A stretch of 60,094 bases of DNA, counting the filler. It is 10 parts of 10 records of this genome, joined end to end, with 100 filler letters (N's around TTAATTAATTAA, not from the genome) between each part and the next. Parts side by side here need not be neighbours in the genome. Positions count along the whole stretch, not along the records: positions 18,060 to 23,514 come from SRR31156797_220435; positions 23,615 to 28,802 come from SRR31156797_223088; positions 28,903 to 35,646 come from SRR31156797_228333; 7 more parts are not named here. One strand, written 5' to 3'. Shown here one piece after another: positions 21,792-31,801 of this stretch. Below the pieces are notes generated by a model. The model did no database searches. It saw only the letters and a program-made list of their open reading frames with translations, and had not been told where the DNA came from. The translations under genes and the position numbers were made by a program. The stretch's first letter is position 1; each line of letters starts with the position of its first letter.

Positions 21792-23514
21792 TATTCGCCT
21801 TCCGACACGATGTCCCTCCACGATGGCCATGTCGGTCCACCTGGGGGCCACGCAGTCACCGATGCGATACAATTCAACGTCATCACTGATCCGCTGTTTC
21901 AGCTCGAAATACAACCTGTCGTCGGCGATATTTCCGGCCGCCAATACGATAGTGTCATTGCCTGCAAAATCGAACATCTCATTGGAGTAGACATTGAGTC
22001 CCTTGGCCGTGGTGCTGTTGATTTCCAACACGGCAATGTCCGGCGTGCAGGTGACTCCTTTTTCGGCCAGTCGCTGCCGGGTCAGGTAGAGATCCTGAAG
22101 CGGTCCCAATGCCGATCCCTGAAAGAGAGCTGGGGTCAGGACATGCACGGTTTTCCCCTGGCCGGCCAATAGTTCGGCCGTGCCAGTGCCCTGATGATGG
22201 CCGTTTAGATCAATGAACAGCACCTTTTCTCCGGCCTCGACCTCACCGGTTAAAATCTGCTGGGTGCTAACGACCTGGGGGAAGTCATACTCGCCGGGAA
22301 ACGGCTTTTCCTTGGGAACCGATCCGGTAGCAATCACAATGGCATCGGGATTTTCGGCCAGAATCGACTCGGCCGTGGCCTCGACGCCCAGATGCCACCG
22401 GATGGGTAGCTTGCTGACCTGACTGACCAGCCAGCGCGTAACGCCTTGGATCTCCTGGCGGCCCGCCACCTTGGCGGCCGTTAGGTTCTGGCCGCCCAGC
22501 TCCTCCCCTCGCTCGAATACGATGACCTGGTGCTTGCGCAGGGCCAAGGTGCGAGCCGCCTCCAGGCCGGCCGGCCCGCCCCCGACCACAACAACCGTTT
22601 TAGGGGTTTCACAGGGCCGCAGTGTTCCCACGCCCAGTTCCGCCTCGTTGCCGGCCGCGGGATTCTGAATGCATCCAATGGTGTAGCCGATCCCCATGCG
22701 GCCAATGCAGCCCTGGTTGCAGGCGATGCAGTGGCGGATGTCATCGTCCCGGCCTTCCCTGGCTTTGTTGGGCAGCTCGGGATCGGCAATCAGCCCGCGA
22801 ACCATGTTGACCATGTCTCCGTGGCCGTCTTCGAGAATTTTTTCCGCCAGGTGAGGATCATTGATGCGGTTAGTGGCATAGACCGGCAGTTGAACAACCG
22901 AGCGAATGCCGGCGGAAAGGGGCGTCGTGTAGGCCAGCGGCGTGTGCATGGAGCCTTCTACGAGAAAAAGGTTATAGAACGTTCCCAGGCTGATGTCCAC
23001 AAAGTCGATCCGGCCATCTGTTTCCAATACCTTGGCGATCCGTTTGGCATCCGCGTGCGTGAGGCCGCCCTTGGGGTGCATCTCATCGGCGTTGAGCCGA
23101 ATCCCCAGAGTAAAATCGGATCCCACGGCGGCGCGGACCGCGGCAATCACCTCAAGGGCAAATCGCATGCGGTTGTTGAAGCTGCCGCCGTACTCATCCG
23201 TCCGTCGATTGGTAAGCGGTGAAAGAAATTGGCGAATCAGCGAACTGTGTCCCAGCTGCAGTTCGATACCGTCGAACCCACCGTCCACGACATGAGTCGC
23301 GCTACGTGCGAAGTAATCGATGCACTCTGCGATCTCCTCGATCTCCATAGCCTTGGCGGTCTCACGGAAGATCGGATCCCGTCCCGGTGAAGGCCCCCAC
23401 ACTGGCAGCCGGGAGAGCTTGCCGTCGGCCTGCATGCCATTGTGGTTGAGCTGGGCGAATATTTTGGTCTCGTACTGGTGAATGCTTCGGGTGAGCTTTT
23501 TAAATCCGGGGATC
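21789..23514 (-). CDS. FadH/Old Yellow Enzyme-family oxidoreductase, mycofactocin-system type (5'-truncated)
   Basis: FAQLNHNG..SRLPVWGPS..DPIFRE, GHSSLIRQFLSPLTNRRTDEYGGS, CIACNQGC cluster motif, GGGPAG FAD-binding motif. Confidence 0.85.
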
Positions 23515-23614
23515 NNNNNNNNNNNNNNNNNNNNNNNNNNNNNNNNNNNNNNNNNNNNTTAATTAATTAANNNNNNNNNNNNNNNNNNNNNNNNNNNNNN
23601 NNNNNNNNNNNNNN

Positions 23615-24318
23615 TTATCGAGAGAGCGGAGCAGACTGAGAAAGAGTTCGGGATGGAAGCGTTCTCCTCCGGGGAGCACAAGCTTTTCGGGTGGGTCCCC
23701 CGTGTTCAGGGAAGATCTGAGCAGATAGGCCGCTGTCTCTTCTTCGGAAAAGGGATCCCCCGCTTTCTGAAGAACGAGGACCAGGTCGGGAAGCTCCTCG
23801 CCGGTGAGACGGCGGTGGAGCAGTTCGTCGTCGATCCCTTCTATCTCCCGGTAGCTCAGCTCCAGTTTGTGCAGGCTGCACCATATGCCGATCTGTTTCT
23901 CAAAGCCCTCCAGTCCCGGTTCGGCCCAGAGCAACAGCTCCTCCTCTTTCATGCGCCGGCCGAAGAGCTCCGCCCGGCGGGGCCGGCTGTAGCGGCTGCC
24001 GTCCCAGACCAGTTCCCATACCCCGTCTGCGCCGCGGACGAGCCGGGCCTCTCTCATCTTTTCCTCATCACTTTCCAGCCGGGCGTCTCCGCCCCTGAAG
24101 AGCAGGTGCAATCCCCTGGGATCTTCCATCAACGGAAGGAGGAGGGCGAAAGGGAGGGACGGGGGATTGCGGTCAGAGGGGATCTCCGTGACAAGGGCGT
24201 CCAGGGCCTCGTCTGAGTAGCTGCGCCACAGGACATCATTCACATAGACGTCCAGGGCCGAAAGAGTCGAAAAGGCTGATGCTGCCAGCAGAACAATGAG
24301 TGCCGGGACTTTTTTCAT
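23615..24318 (-). CDS. Secreted hypothetical protein (3'-truncated)
   Basis: Signal peptide MKKVPALIVLLAASAFSTLSA; long open frame. Confidence 0.7.
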
Positions 24319-24406
24319 GGTAGGGAAATTGTATCCTTTCCCTCTGCCCCTGGCAAGCTGTTCTTTAAAAAGAGTCATTCCCTGACGGATACGGCTAAGC
24401 CCTGAA

Positions 24407-25453
24407 TCAGCCCAGGAAGCTGTCTATGGCATCCTCGGGTCTGATCTCCCTGTTCAGGATGGAGTAGACCATTTTGATTATGGGCAGCTTCAGGTTGTAG
24501 CGTTCGGCGAAGGCCGCGGCGTATTTGGCCGCCACCGCTCCCTCGGGCAGATAGCCTATGCTCCCGATGTGCTCGATCAGATCGTCGATGCCGTTGAACT
24601 GCTCATGCATTCGCTTCAGGATGATATCCCTGCCGAAGCGTCTGTTCCGTCCGTGGACGGAGCGGCAGGTTACGTCCAGGTCTCCCACGCCGGCGATGGA
24701 GGTGAAGGTCTCGGGATGGGTAGATCCCAGGCTCTTGCCCAGCAGCTGAATCTCGTTCAGCCCCGCTGCGAAGAGGAAGGATTCGGTGTTGTCTCCCACT
24801 TTTTCGGTGGTTTCCTTCAAGGCGTCCAGGATACCGAAGGCGATGGCTATGACGTTTTTGACTGCGGCGCAGGTCTGTACCCCGATGGTGTCCAGGGAGG
24901 AGAAGAGTCTGGTGTTGGGGGAGCTTAACAGCTCTCTGATCTCGATGGAGTTCCGCGGATTGAGAGAGGCCGAGATCAGTCCCGTGACCTTGCCCGCGCC
25001 TATCTCCTCGGCATGACTGGGGCCGGAGACGTAGACCACATTTCCCTTGTAGAAACCGGGAAGGTAGTTTTCCAGGGCCTCCAGTATGAACAGGGGTCCG
25101 TTCTTTCCGGGGATAAAGCCCTTGGTGATGGTGGCGATGACCGTTTCGCCCTCAAGGATGTCGGGAACCGAGAGGATCTGCTTCAGCGTATCCACAAGGA
25201 AGAGGGAGGGGGTCGCGACGATCAGGTAGTCGCGCCCTGTGGCCGCCTCTATGATATCCGTCGTGGCCCTGACCGAGGGGGGGACCTTGACCCCCGGAAG
25301 GAACTGGCAGTTCTCCCTTTTGTCATTGATATCGTCCGCTCCCTCTTTCGTGAAGCTCCAGATAACCGTATCCAGGCCCTTGTCGCCCGCTATCTTGGCA
25401 ATGGCCGTTCCGAAGGCGCCGGCGCCGATTATGCCTACTTTCTTGTCTGTCAT
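24407..25453 (-). CDS. gpsA: NAD(P)H-dependent glycerol-3-phosphate dehydrogenase
   Basis: GAGAFGTA, SGPSHAEE, KNVIAIA, GVGDLDVTC.S..GRNRRFG. Confidence 0.95.
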   Translation of the reverse strand: MTDKKVGIIGAGAFGTAIAKIAGDKGLDTVIWSFTKEGADDINDKRENCQFLPGVKVPPSVRATTDIIEAATGRDYLIVATPSLFLVDTLKQILSVPDILEGETVIATITKGFIPGKNGPLFILEALENYLPGFYKGNVVYVSGPSHAEEIGAGKVTGLISASLNPRNSIEIRELLSSPNTRLFSSLDTIGVQTCAAVKNVIAIAFGILDALKETTEKVGDNTESFLFAAGLNEIQLLGKSLGSTHPETFTSIAGVGDLDVTCRSVHGRNRRFGRDIILKRMHEQFNGIDDLIEHIGSIGYLPEGAVAAKYAAAFAERYNLKLPIIKMVYSILNREIRPEDAIDSFLG

Positions 25454-25458
25454 TGGTT

Positions 25459-26199
25459 TTACCTCGATTGATATGTGAGTGAGTAGATCAGTTCCTCTTC
25501 GTGAAGGAGAAGGTCCAGCAGAGGGATCCGTATTTTAAGGGTGTCGGGACTGAGTTTCCGCCCGCCCTGCTGATCCGTTATCCTGCCGTTGACCTTTATG
25601 ATCAGGTCCAGCGAAGCCTGTCTGATCAGAGACTTCAGAAGCTCTTCGGGGGCCCCGTCTTCAAAGATGAACAGGAGCATCTCTTCGTACTCTTCCCGCG
25701 GGATATCCGGTTCGGGCAGGAAATACTGAAAGCCCGGATCCTTAAGGACGGGGAAAAGCTGGAAGATCTGCTGGAAATTGTCATCGTCTACTCTCAGGAC
25801 GAGCTTCCGACTCCCGTTCGCCTGTTCTATGTGGCTGATCACGGGATTCGCACTCTGTCCTGTAACGGCGAACAGTTCTTCGATACGACGGAAGGAGAGC
25901 TCTCCCCTGTACTCCCCATCGGTCGGGGAGACGACCCGGACACCATCGAAGTAGGGATTCAGGGTCAGTTCTCCCTCTATGGAATCGGCTTCCAGAGGGC
26001 TTTTCTCTCCCTCTCCCGCCTGTCCCAGGTCCGTCAGGTCCTTCAGGGTGGACAGAAAAAAATCTTCCATGAAAACGGAAGACTCGACCTGCCCCGATCC
26101 ATCGGGATTGAGTGTGATCTGCTGGCTTACGGAGCAGGAGAAAAGAAGCATGGCTCCCAGGGAAATCTTAAACAGTCTCAGTATCTTTTTCCAATTCAT
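25459..26199 (-). CDS. Hypothetical lipoprotein
   Basis: Lipobox LLFSC after a basic N-terminus; co-oriented 5 bp upstream of gpsA. Confidence 0.75.
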   Translation of the reverse strand: MNWKKILRLFKISLGAMLLFSCSVSQQITLNPDGSGQVESSVFMEDFFLSTLKDLTDLGQAGEGEKSPLEADSIEGELTLNPYFDGVRVVSPTDGEYRGELSFRRIEELFAVTGQSANPVISHIEQANGSRKLVLRVDDDNFQQIFQLFPVLKDPGFQYFLPEPDIPREEYEEMLLFIFEDGAPEELLKSLIRQASLDLIIKVNGRITDQQGGRKLSPDTLKIRIPLLDLLLHEEELIYSLTYQSR

Positions 26200-26285
26200 A
26201 TCAATAAAACAACCGCCTCGGCTCAGGATACACGATTGGGGGGCTTAATAAAAGAGCCTCATCCCGGGCTCCCGGAAAACGGGAT

Positions 26286-26314
26286 TTGTACGGATTGCCA
26301 TTTCCCCCTATAAT
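26286..26314 (+). promoter_or_regulatory. Sigma70-type promoter of ilvY-nrpR
   Basis: TTGTAC-N17-TATAAT. Confidence 0.6.
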
Positions 26315-26348
26315 GGAAAGATACCAGCAGCGGGAGAATCCCTGATTT

Positions 26349-27239
26349 ATGGACATACGAGAACTACAGCTGTTCCTCAAGCTATCCGAGACTCTGCACT
26401 ATACGAAGACCAGCCATATCATGGCCATCAGCCCTTCGGCTCTCAGCCGTACCATCCAGAGGATGGAGGATCAGGTAGGACAGAAACTTTTCTTTAGGGA
26501 TAACCGCGGCGTCGTCCTGACACCGGCTGGAAGCCGTTTCCGTGATTACGCTCTCTCGGTGCTGGAGGACTGGCAGATCCTTCAGAACGATCTTTCCGAG
26601 GAGAGCCGCGATATCAAGGGAGAGCTCACCCTCTACAGCTCCGTGACCGGGTGCTACACCATCCTTCCCGATCTTCTGGAGCGTTGCCGACGGGACTACC
26701 CGGGAATCCATATCCATCTCAAAACCGGCTCCGCGGAGGATGCGGTTTCCATGGTCATGGGAGGGATGGTGGATGTGGCCGTCGCCGCCGAACCCGACTC
26801 CCTGCCGGAGAACCTCGTTTTCCGTAACGTGACGAGCACGCCCCTGGAACTGATCGCTCCCGCCCGGAGCTGCCAGCTTTCCGAACAGCTGGAGAGGGGA
26901 GGAATCAAGTGGTATGATCTGCCCCTGGTCCTTCCGGAAAAGGGACTCGCCAGGAAGCGTCTGGACCGCCTGTTCCGCAACCTGCAGGTCCGTCCCGAAA
27001 TCTACTCCGAAGTGGACGGAAACGAGGCCATCCTGGCCATGGTAAGCCTCGGCCTGGGGCTGGGGGTGATCCCCTCTCTCGTCCGGGAGCACAGCCCTTT
27101 CCACGACAGGGTCCGGGTCCTCCCCGACCATCTTGAGCTGGAACCCTACCATGTGGGGATCTGCGTCAACCGCAGAAAGAGCCAGACCCCCCTGCTACGG
27201 GCCTTCGGCTCCCTCATAGTCGGTGAGAACGACGAGTAA
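26349..27239 (+). CDS. ilvY: LysR-family transcriptional regulator IlvY
   Basis: ISPSALSRTIQRME, LFFRDNRGV, YSSVTGCY, GNEAILAMVSLGLG match the IlvY pattern. Confidence 0.82.
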   Translation: MDIRELQLFLKLSETLHYTKTSHIMAISPSALSRTIQRMEDQVGQKLFFRDNRGVVLTPAGSRFRDYALSVLEDWQILQNDLSEESRDIKGELTLYSSVTGCYTILPDLLERCRRDYPGIHIHLKTGSAEDAVSMVMGGMVDVAVAAEPDSLPENLVFRNVTSTPLELIAPARSCQLSEQLERGGIKWYDLPLVLPEKGLARKRLDRLFRNLQVRPEIYSEVDGNEAILAMVSLGLGLGVIPSLVREHSPFHDRVRVLPDHLELEPYHVGICVNRRKSQTPLLRAFGSLIVGENDE

Positions 27240-28252
27240 TGGATAAATCCGACGCCAAGCGTCTCCAGATCCTCAAGATACTGAATGATGACGATCAGCC
27301 CCTGTCCAGTCAGGTGATCAAGGAACGCCTGCAGGAACGGGGCACCCAAATGAGCGAAAGGACCGTCCGTTTTCACATGCTGGCCCTGGATAAGGCGGGG
27401 CTGACCGAGTACAAGGAGAAGAAGGGCCGTTACCTGACCGCCTCCGGTTACAAGGAGATCGCCCGGAACCAGGTCTACGACAGGGTCGGCTTTCTCTCCT
27501 CCCGGATCGACGAGCTGGCCTACCAGATGGATTTCGACTGGAAGAAAAGGAAGGGGACCATCCTGGTCAATGTCAGCCTTGTTCCCATGGAGAACAGCTC
27601 TGTGGTCTACCATCATATGGCTCCGGTCTTCGAATCGGGGCTGACCATGGGGCGGCTCGTCGCCGTCTTCCGTCCCGGAGAGAAGGTGGGGGGGACGGAG
27701 GTCCCCGAAGGATTCTTCGGTCTGGGGACGGTCTGTTCCTTCGCCCTGAACAGCATCTTCCTGAAGAGCGGCATCCCTGTGAACTCCCTGTTCGGAGGGC
27801 TTCTTGAGGTTTCGGGCAGCCGGCCCGACCGCTTTACGGCCATCATCAACTACGACGGAACCAGCCTGGATCCCATGGAGATCTTTATCAGCAGCGGGAT
27901 GACCGACTGCCGGGGCGCTTCGGAGGCGGGGCACGGTTTCATCGGAGCCAGCTTCCGGGAGATCCCCGCGTCCGCCCTGGACCGGGTTACCGAGATACAC
28001 GGGCGGCTGAGCGAGATGGGGCTGGGGGGGATCCTGAAGACCGGGTATTCAGGCCATGCCCTCCTGGGCATCCCCGTTCCCGACGGGCGCATAGGCATGA
28101 TCAGCACCGGAGGGCTCAACTCCGTTTCGGTTCTGAGCGAAGCGGGCATCCCCGTGCGATCCAAGGCCCTGACGGGGATGATCGAGTTCGACCGCCTTCT
28201 GGAGTATACCGATTTGTATGAGGCCCTGAGCCGGGTCAGGCAGGGGCGTTAA
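27239..28252 (+). CDS. nrpR: NrpR-family transcriptional regulator (wHTH plus DUF128/NRD domain)
   Basis: SERTVRFH wHTH; GTILVNVS, TVCSFALN, YDGTSLDP.EIF, GGLN. Confidence 0.82.
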   Translation: MDKSDAKRLQILKILNDDDQPLSSQVIKERLQERGTQMSERTVRFHMLALDKAGLTEYKEKKGRYLTASGYKEIARNQVYDRVGFLSSRIDELAYQMDFDWKKRKGTILVNVSLVPMENSSVVYHHMAPVFESGLTMGRLVAVFRPGEKVGGTEVPEGFFGLGTVCSFALNSIFLKSGIPVNSLFGGLLEVSGSRPDRFTAIINYDGTSLDPMEIFISSGMTDCRGASEAGHGFIGASFREIPASALDRVTEIHGRLSEMGLGGILKTGYSGHALLGIPVPDGRIGMISTGGLNSVSVLSEAGIPVRSKALTGMIEFDRLLEYTDLYEALSRVRQGR

Positions 28253-28802
28253 GGGCCCTGATCTCCGCCGTTTCGAGATGGCCTAAAGAACGGTGACGGC
28301 AGGGCGGGGCGCCTTCGAACCAGGTCTGGGCGATCTGCAGCAGATCGCCGTGGGATATAAGAAGCAATGTCCGCCCCGCGTATTCCGTTTCCATCCGCCC
28401 GATGCAGCGGCGGAACCGGATTTGTACCTCTTCGGGACTCTCCACGCCGTGCCCTTTGTTTCCGTCGTTCCCCTCGTCTCCGGTCCAGACCCGCTTGTAG
28501 TTCTCATCTCCGGACAGTTCGAAATCACCGAAGTTCCTCTCCCGGAGTTCCTCACAGGTTCTGATCGGAGCCGCCTTAAGGATTTCCGCCGCCAGTGCGG
28601 CGCTCTCTCTGGTCCTCAGAAAATCAGACGCGATGATCAGGGTGTCCGAACCGAGGACGGCCTGGGACTCAAGGCTGCTTCGGATCTGCTCCCTTCCCCG
28701 GCGGGCCAAACCGTATCCCGTCAGGCCGTTCCGGGGGCTGCTGACGATCAGTCCCTTTTCGTTGGCCAGGCTTCTTCCGTGGCGCATGATGAAGTAGCGG
28801 TT
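28236..28802 (-). CDS. Histidine phosphatase (phosphoglycerate mutase) family protein (5'-truncated)
   Basis: RHG, SDFLRTRES, LRERNFG, SHGD. Confidence 0.88.
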   Translation of the reverse strand, partial: NRYFIMRHGRSLANEKGLIVSSPRNGLTGYGLARRGREQIRSSLESQAVLGSDTLIIASDFLRTRESAALAAEILKAAPIRTCEELRERNFGDFELSGDENYKRVWTGDEGNDGNKGHGVESPEEVQIRFRRCIGRMETEYAGRTLLLISHGDLLQIAQTWFEGAPPCRHRSLGHLETAEIRALNAPA

Positions 28803-28902
28803 NNNNNNNNNNNNNNNNNNNNNNNNNNNNNNNNNNNNNNNNNNNNTTAATTAATTAANNNNNNNNNNNNNNNNNNNNNNNNNNNNNNNNNNNNNNNNNN
28901 NN

Positions 28903-29372
28903 AAATAAAGAGAAATTTTCTAGGTTACCGTCAGGCGGCGGGCGCCTTCAAGAACAATCAACTGGATGCTTTCTGGCTCTTCACCGGGTTTCCCAACTCG
29001 GCGGTGATCGAGGCGGCCCTTCAGACGGATATCCGTCTCGTGGACGTTTATAAGGATGCGGAAGAGGCGGGGATGTTTAAAAAGTACCCCTATTTTTCCA
29101 AGGTGGTTATCCCCGCCAATACCTACAAGGGCGTCACCACGGATACGGTGACTTTTCAGGATTCCACACTGTGGGTGGCCAACAGCAAGGTGTCCGCCGA
29201 CCTGGTCTACAAACTGCTGAACATCGTTTTCAGCAAGGAAGGCCTCGCATATATGGTGAGCGTTCACAAATCCGCCAAAGCCATGAGTATTGCAAATGGC
29301 GTCAAGGGGATTGTGACGCCCATGCATCCGGGTGCGGAGAAGTTCTGGAAAGAAAAAGGGATTCTCAAATAG
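28903..29372 (+). CDS. TAXI-family TRAP solute-binding protein (5'-truncated)
   Basis: IPANTY, PMHPGAEKFWKE; directly upstream of a fused TRAP permease. Confidence 0.88.
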
Positions 29373-29493
29373 ACCCGAAAGGCGCTTTTTCCAAAATGTG
29401 TGGTGGGCGGGATGACATAAGCGGAAACAAAGATCCATGAACCGGAATGTTGGCGCAGCCGGATCTTTCACAGCAATGGAAAGGGGTGAAGCC

Positions 29494-31233
29494 GTGTTCG
29501 ATAAATTGAATAAGATAGAAAAGACGATCTTTGATATCCTGGCAATGGCGCTGCTCCTTTTTTACTGCTATTCCGCCGTTCTGAGGCCCGCCGCCACACA
29601 GTATCACAGGGGAATTTACTGCCTGATCACCTTTGTCCTGGTCTTTCTCCTGTACAAGTCAAGACACCCCATCATGCGGGCCGTGGACTATCTCTTAATT
29701 CTTCTGTCCATCACCACCATCGGTTATTGGATTTTGAACTTTGAAGCCATCAACTACCGTTCCGGGGCGGAGACCCCGACGGACCAGACCATCGCCGTCA
29801 TCGGCATCCTCATCGGGATAGAACTGGCCAGACGGGTGGTGGGGCTTTCATTCGTGATCATCGGGTGCGCTCTTCTGGCCTACGGGGTCTGGGGGCCCTA
29901 TGTCCCCGAGCTTTTGGCCCATCCCGGCGATACTTTCGTGGGGTTGTGCACCACCTGTTTTTACAAAAGCGACGGGGTATTCGGCATCATGGCCAATGTG
30001 CTGGCCACTTACGTACTCCTCTTTGTCCTGTTCGGCGCCTTCCTGGAGGCCTCGGGGGCCCAGCGTTTCTTTATCGATTTCCCCCTTGCCGCCGTGGGGC
30101 ACCGAATCGGCGGGCCGGCCAAGGTATCGGTTCTGGCCAGTGCCCTGTTCGGGTCCATATCCGGGAGCGCCATCGCCAATACCGTATCCACGGGCGCTTT
30201 CACCATCCCCATGATGAAAAAGGCCGGGTTCAGACCCCATATTGCGGGGGCCATTGAGCCCGCCGCATCCATCGCCGGCATGTTCATGCCCCCCATCATG
30301 GGGGCCGGCGGATTTATCATGTCGGAACTCACCGGGATTCCCTATTCTAAAATCATGCTCGTGGCTATTTTCCCGGCCCTCATGTATGTCTTCAGTGTCT
30401 ATATCATGGTGCACTATGAGGCCAAGATTCATAATATCAAGGGTGAAAAAAGCAAACACCGCCCCTTGGAGATCCTGAAAAACGAGTGGTACTTTACCCT
30501 CCCCCTCATCATTATTACCGTCTTGATGCTCATGGGTTATTCGGCCGGTTTTTCAGCCGTTATCGGTCTGTTCACCTGCGTGGTCATCAGCTGGTTCAAA
30601 AAGGAGACCCGGATTACGCCCAAAAAATTTCTGGTGGCATCCCGAACAGGGGCGGAAAACAGCCTGAAGATCGGCGCCACCGTGGGCGTCATCGGGATCA
30701 TCATCGCAGTCCTCACCTTCTCCGGACTGATCCTAACATTCGCGGACATCGTCATCAGTCTGGCCGAGGGGCGATTGTTCATTACCATTTTATTGATCGC
30801 CCTGGCCTCCCTGGTCCTCGGCATGGGGGTTCCGGTGACGGCGGCCTACCTGATCACGGCCGTGGTGGCGGTCCCCGCATTGACCCATCTCGGGGTCAAC
30901 GAAGTGGCCGCCCACATGATCGTTTACTGGCTCTCCCAGGACAGTAATATTACCCCTCCCGTGTGTATCGCCGCCTTTGCGGGCGCCGCCATCGCCAAGG
31001 CCAACATGTGGAAGACCGCATTTTCAGCTTTCAAGTTTGCCAAGTTCCTTTACCTGTCGCCGTTTCTGTTCGGATATGTACCCGGCTACAGCCTGCAGGG
31101 GGGAACCATGGCCATTGTGAAGGCCATGGTGCTCATTGTCATCGGGACCTATCTGTATGCCTATTTCATGAGTTTTCACTGGGCTCATTTCCTCAACAGG
31201 AAGTTTTTCAAGAAGGCCGAGGCTCTCGGATAA
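29494..31233 (+). CDS. TRAP transporter fused permease (4TM/12TM, TAXI-type)
   Basis: GGPAK, SGSAIAN, PPIMGAGGF, LGMGVP, ITPPV; GTG start with GGGGTG RBS. Confidence 0.92.
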   Translation: MFDKLNKIEKTIFDILAMALLLFYCYSAVLRPAATQYHRGIYCLITFVLVFLLYKSRHPIMRAVDYLLILLSITTIGYWILNFEAINYRSGAETPTDQTIAVIGILIGIELARRVVGLSFVIIGCALLAYGVWGPYVPELLAHPGDTFVGLCTTCFYKSDGVFGIMANVLATYVLLFVLFGAFLEASGAQRFFIDFPLAAVGHRIGGPAKVSVLASALFGSISGSAIANTVSTGAFTIPMMKKAGFRPHIAGAIEPAASIAGMFMPPIMGAGGFIMSELTGIPYSKIMLVAIFPALMYVFSVYIMVHYEAKIHNIKGEKSKHRPLEILKNEWYFTLPLIIITVLMLMGYSAGFSAVIGLFTCVVISWFKKETRITPKKFLVASRTGAENSLKIGATVGVIGIIIAVLTFSGLILTFADIVISLAEGRLFITILLIALASLVLGMGVPVTAAYLITAVVAVPALTHLGVNEVAAHMIVYWLSQDSNITPPVCIAAFAGAAIAKANMWKTAFSAFKFAKFLYLSPFLFGYVPGYSLQGGTMAIVKAMVLIVIGTYLYAYFMSFHWAHFLNRKFFKKAEALG

Positions 31234-31288
31234 TGCATGAGCGACGACCGAATATGAGACCTTTTTCAAATACCAGGGGGATTTGATC

Positions 31289-31789
31289 ATGGGAACAGAT
31301 TTGTTGAGTGAAAAGAAAATCAAAATCCTCATCGTGGATGATGAACCGGACGTACTGGAAACACTGGAAGATCTGTTATCCATGTGTGAAGTGGCATCCG
31401 CCTCCAGCTTTCAGGAGGCCAAAGCGTTACTTGACAACCGATATTTTGATATGGCCATTCTGGATATCATGGGGGTTGACGGGTACAAGCTGCTGGAAAT
31501 CGCCAAAGAAAAAGAGGTGATTGCCGTCATGCTGACGGCCCATGCCGTGAGCCCTGAACATGTCATGAAATCGTACAAGGAAGGGGCCGCCTTTTATGTC
31601 CCCAAAGATGAGATGAGCAACATCACCACTTATCTGGAAGACATCCTGGAGGCCCGGGAAAAGGGGAAGCATCCCTGGCGGCGCTGGATGGAAAGGATTG
31701 GGAACTCCTACTGTAAAAGGAAGTTCGGTCCCGATTGGCAGGAAAATGATAAAGAATTCTGGGCAAAGTTTGAATATATGAGAGAATGA
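31289..31789 (+). CDS. Response regulator receiver with Trp-rich C-terminal extension
   Basis: ILIVDDE, ILDIMG, MLTAH, PK. Confidence 0.88.
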   Translation: MGTDLLSEKKIKILIVDDEPDVLETLEDLLSMCEVASASSFQEAKALLDNRYFDMAILDIMGVDGYKLLEIAKEKEVIAVMLTAHAVSPEHVMKSYKEGAAFYVPKDEMSNITTYLEDILEAREKGKHPWRRWMERIGNSYCKRKFGPDWQENDKEFWAKFEYMRE

Positions 31790-31801
31790 TTTCGGAGGAG
31801 G

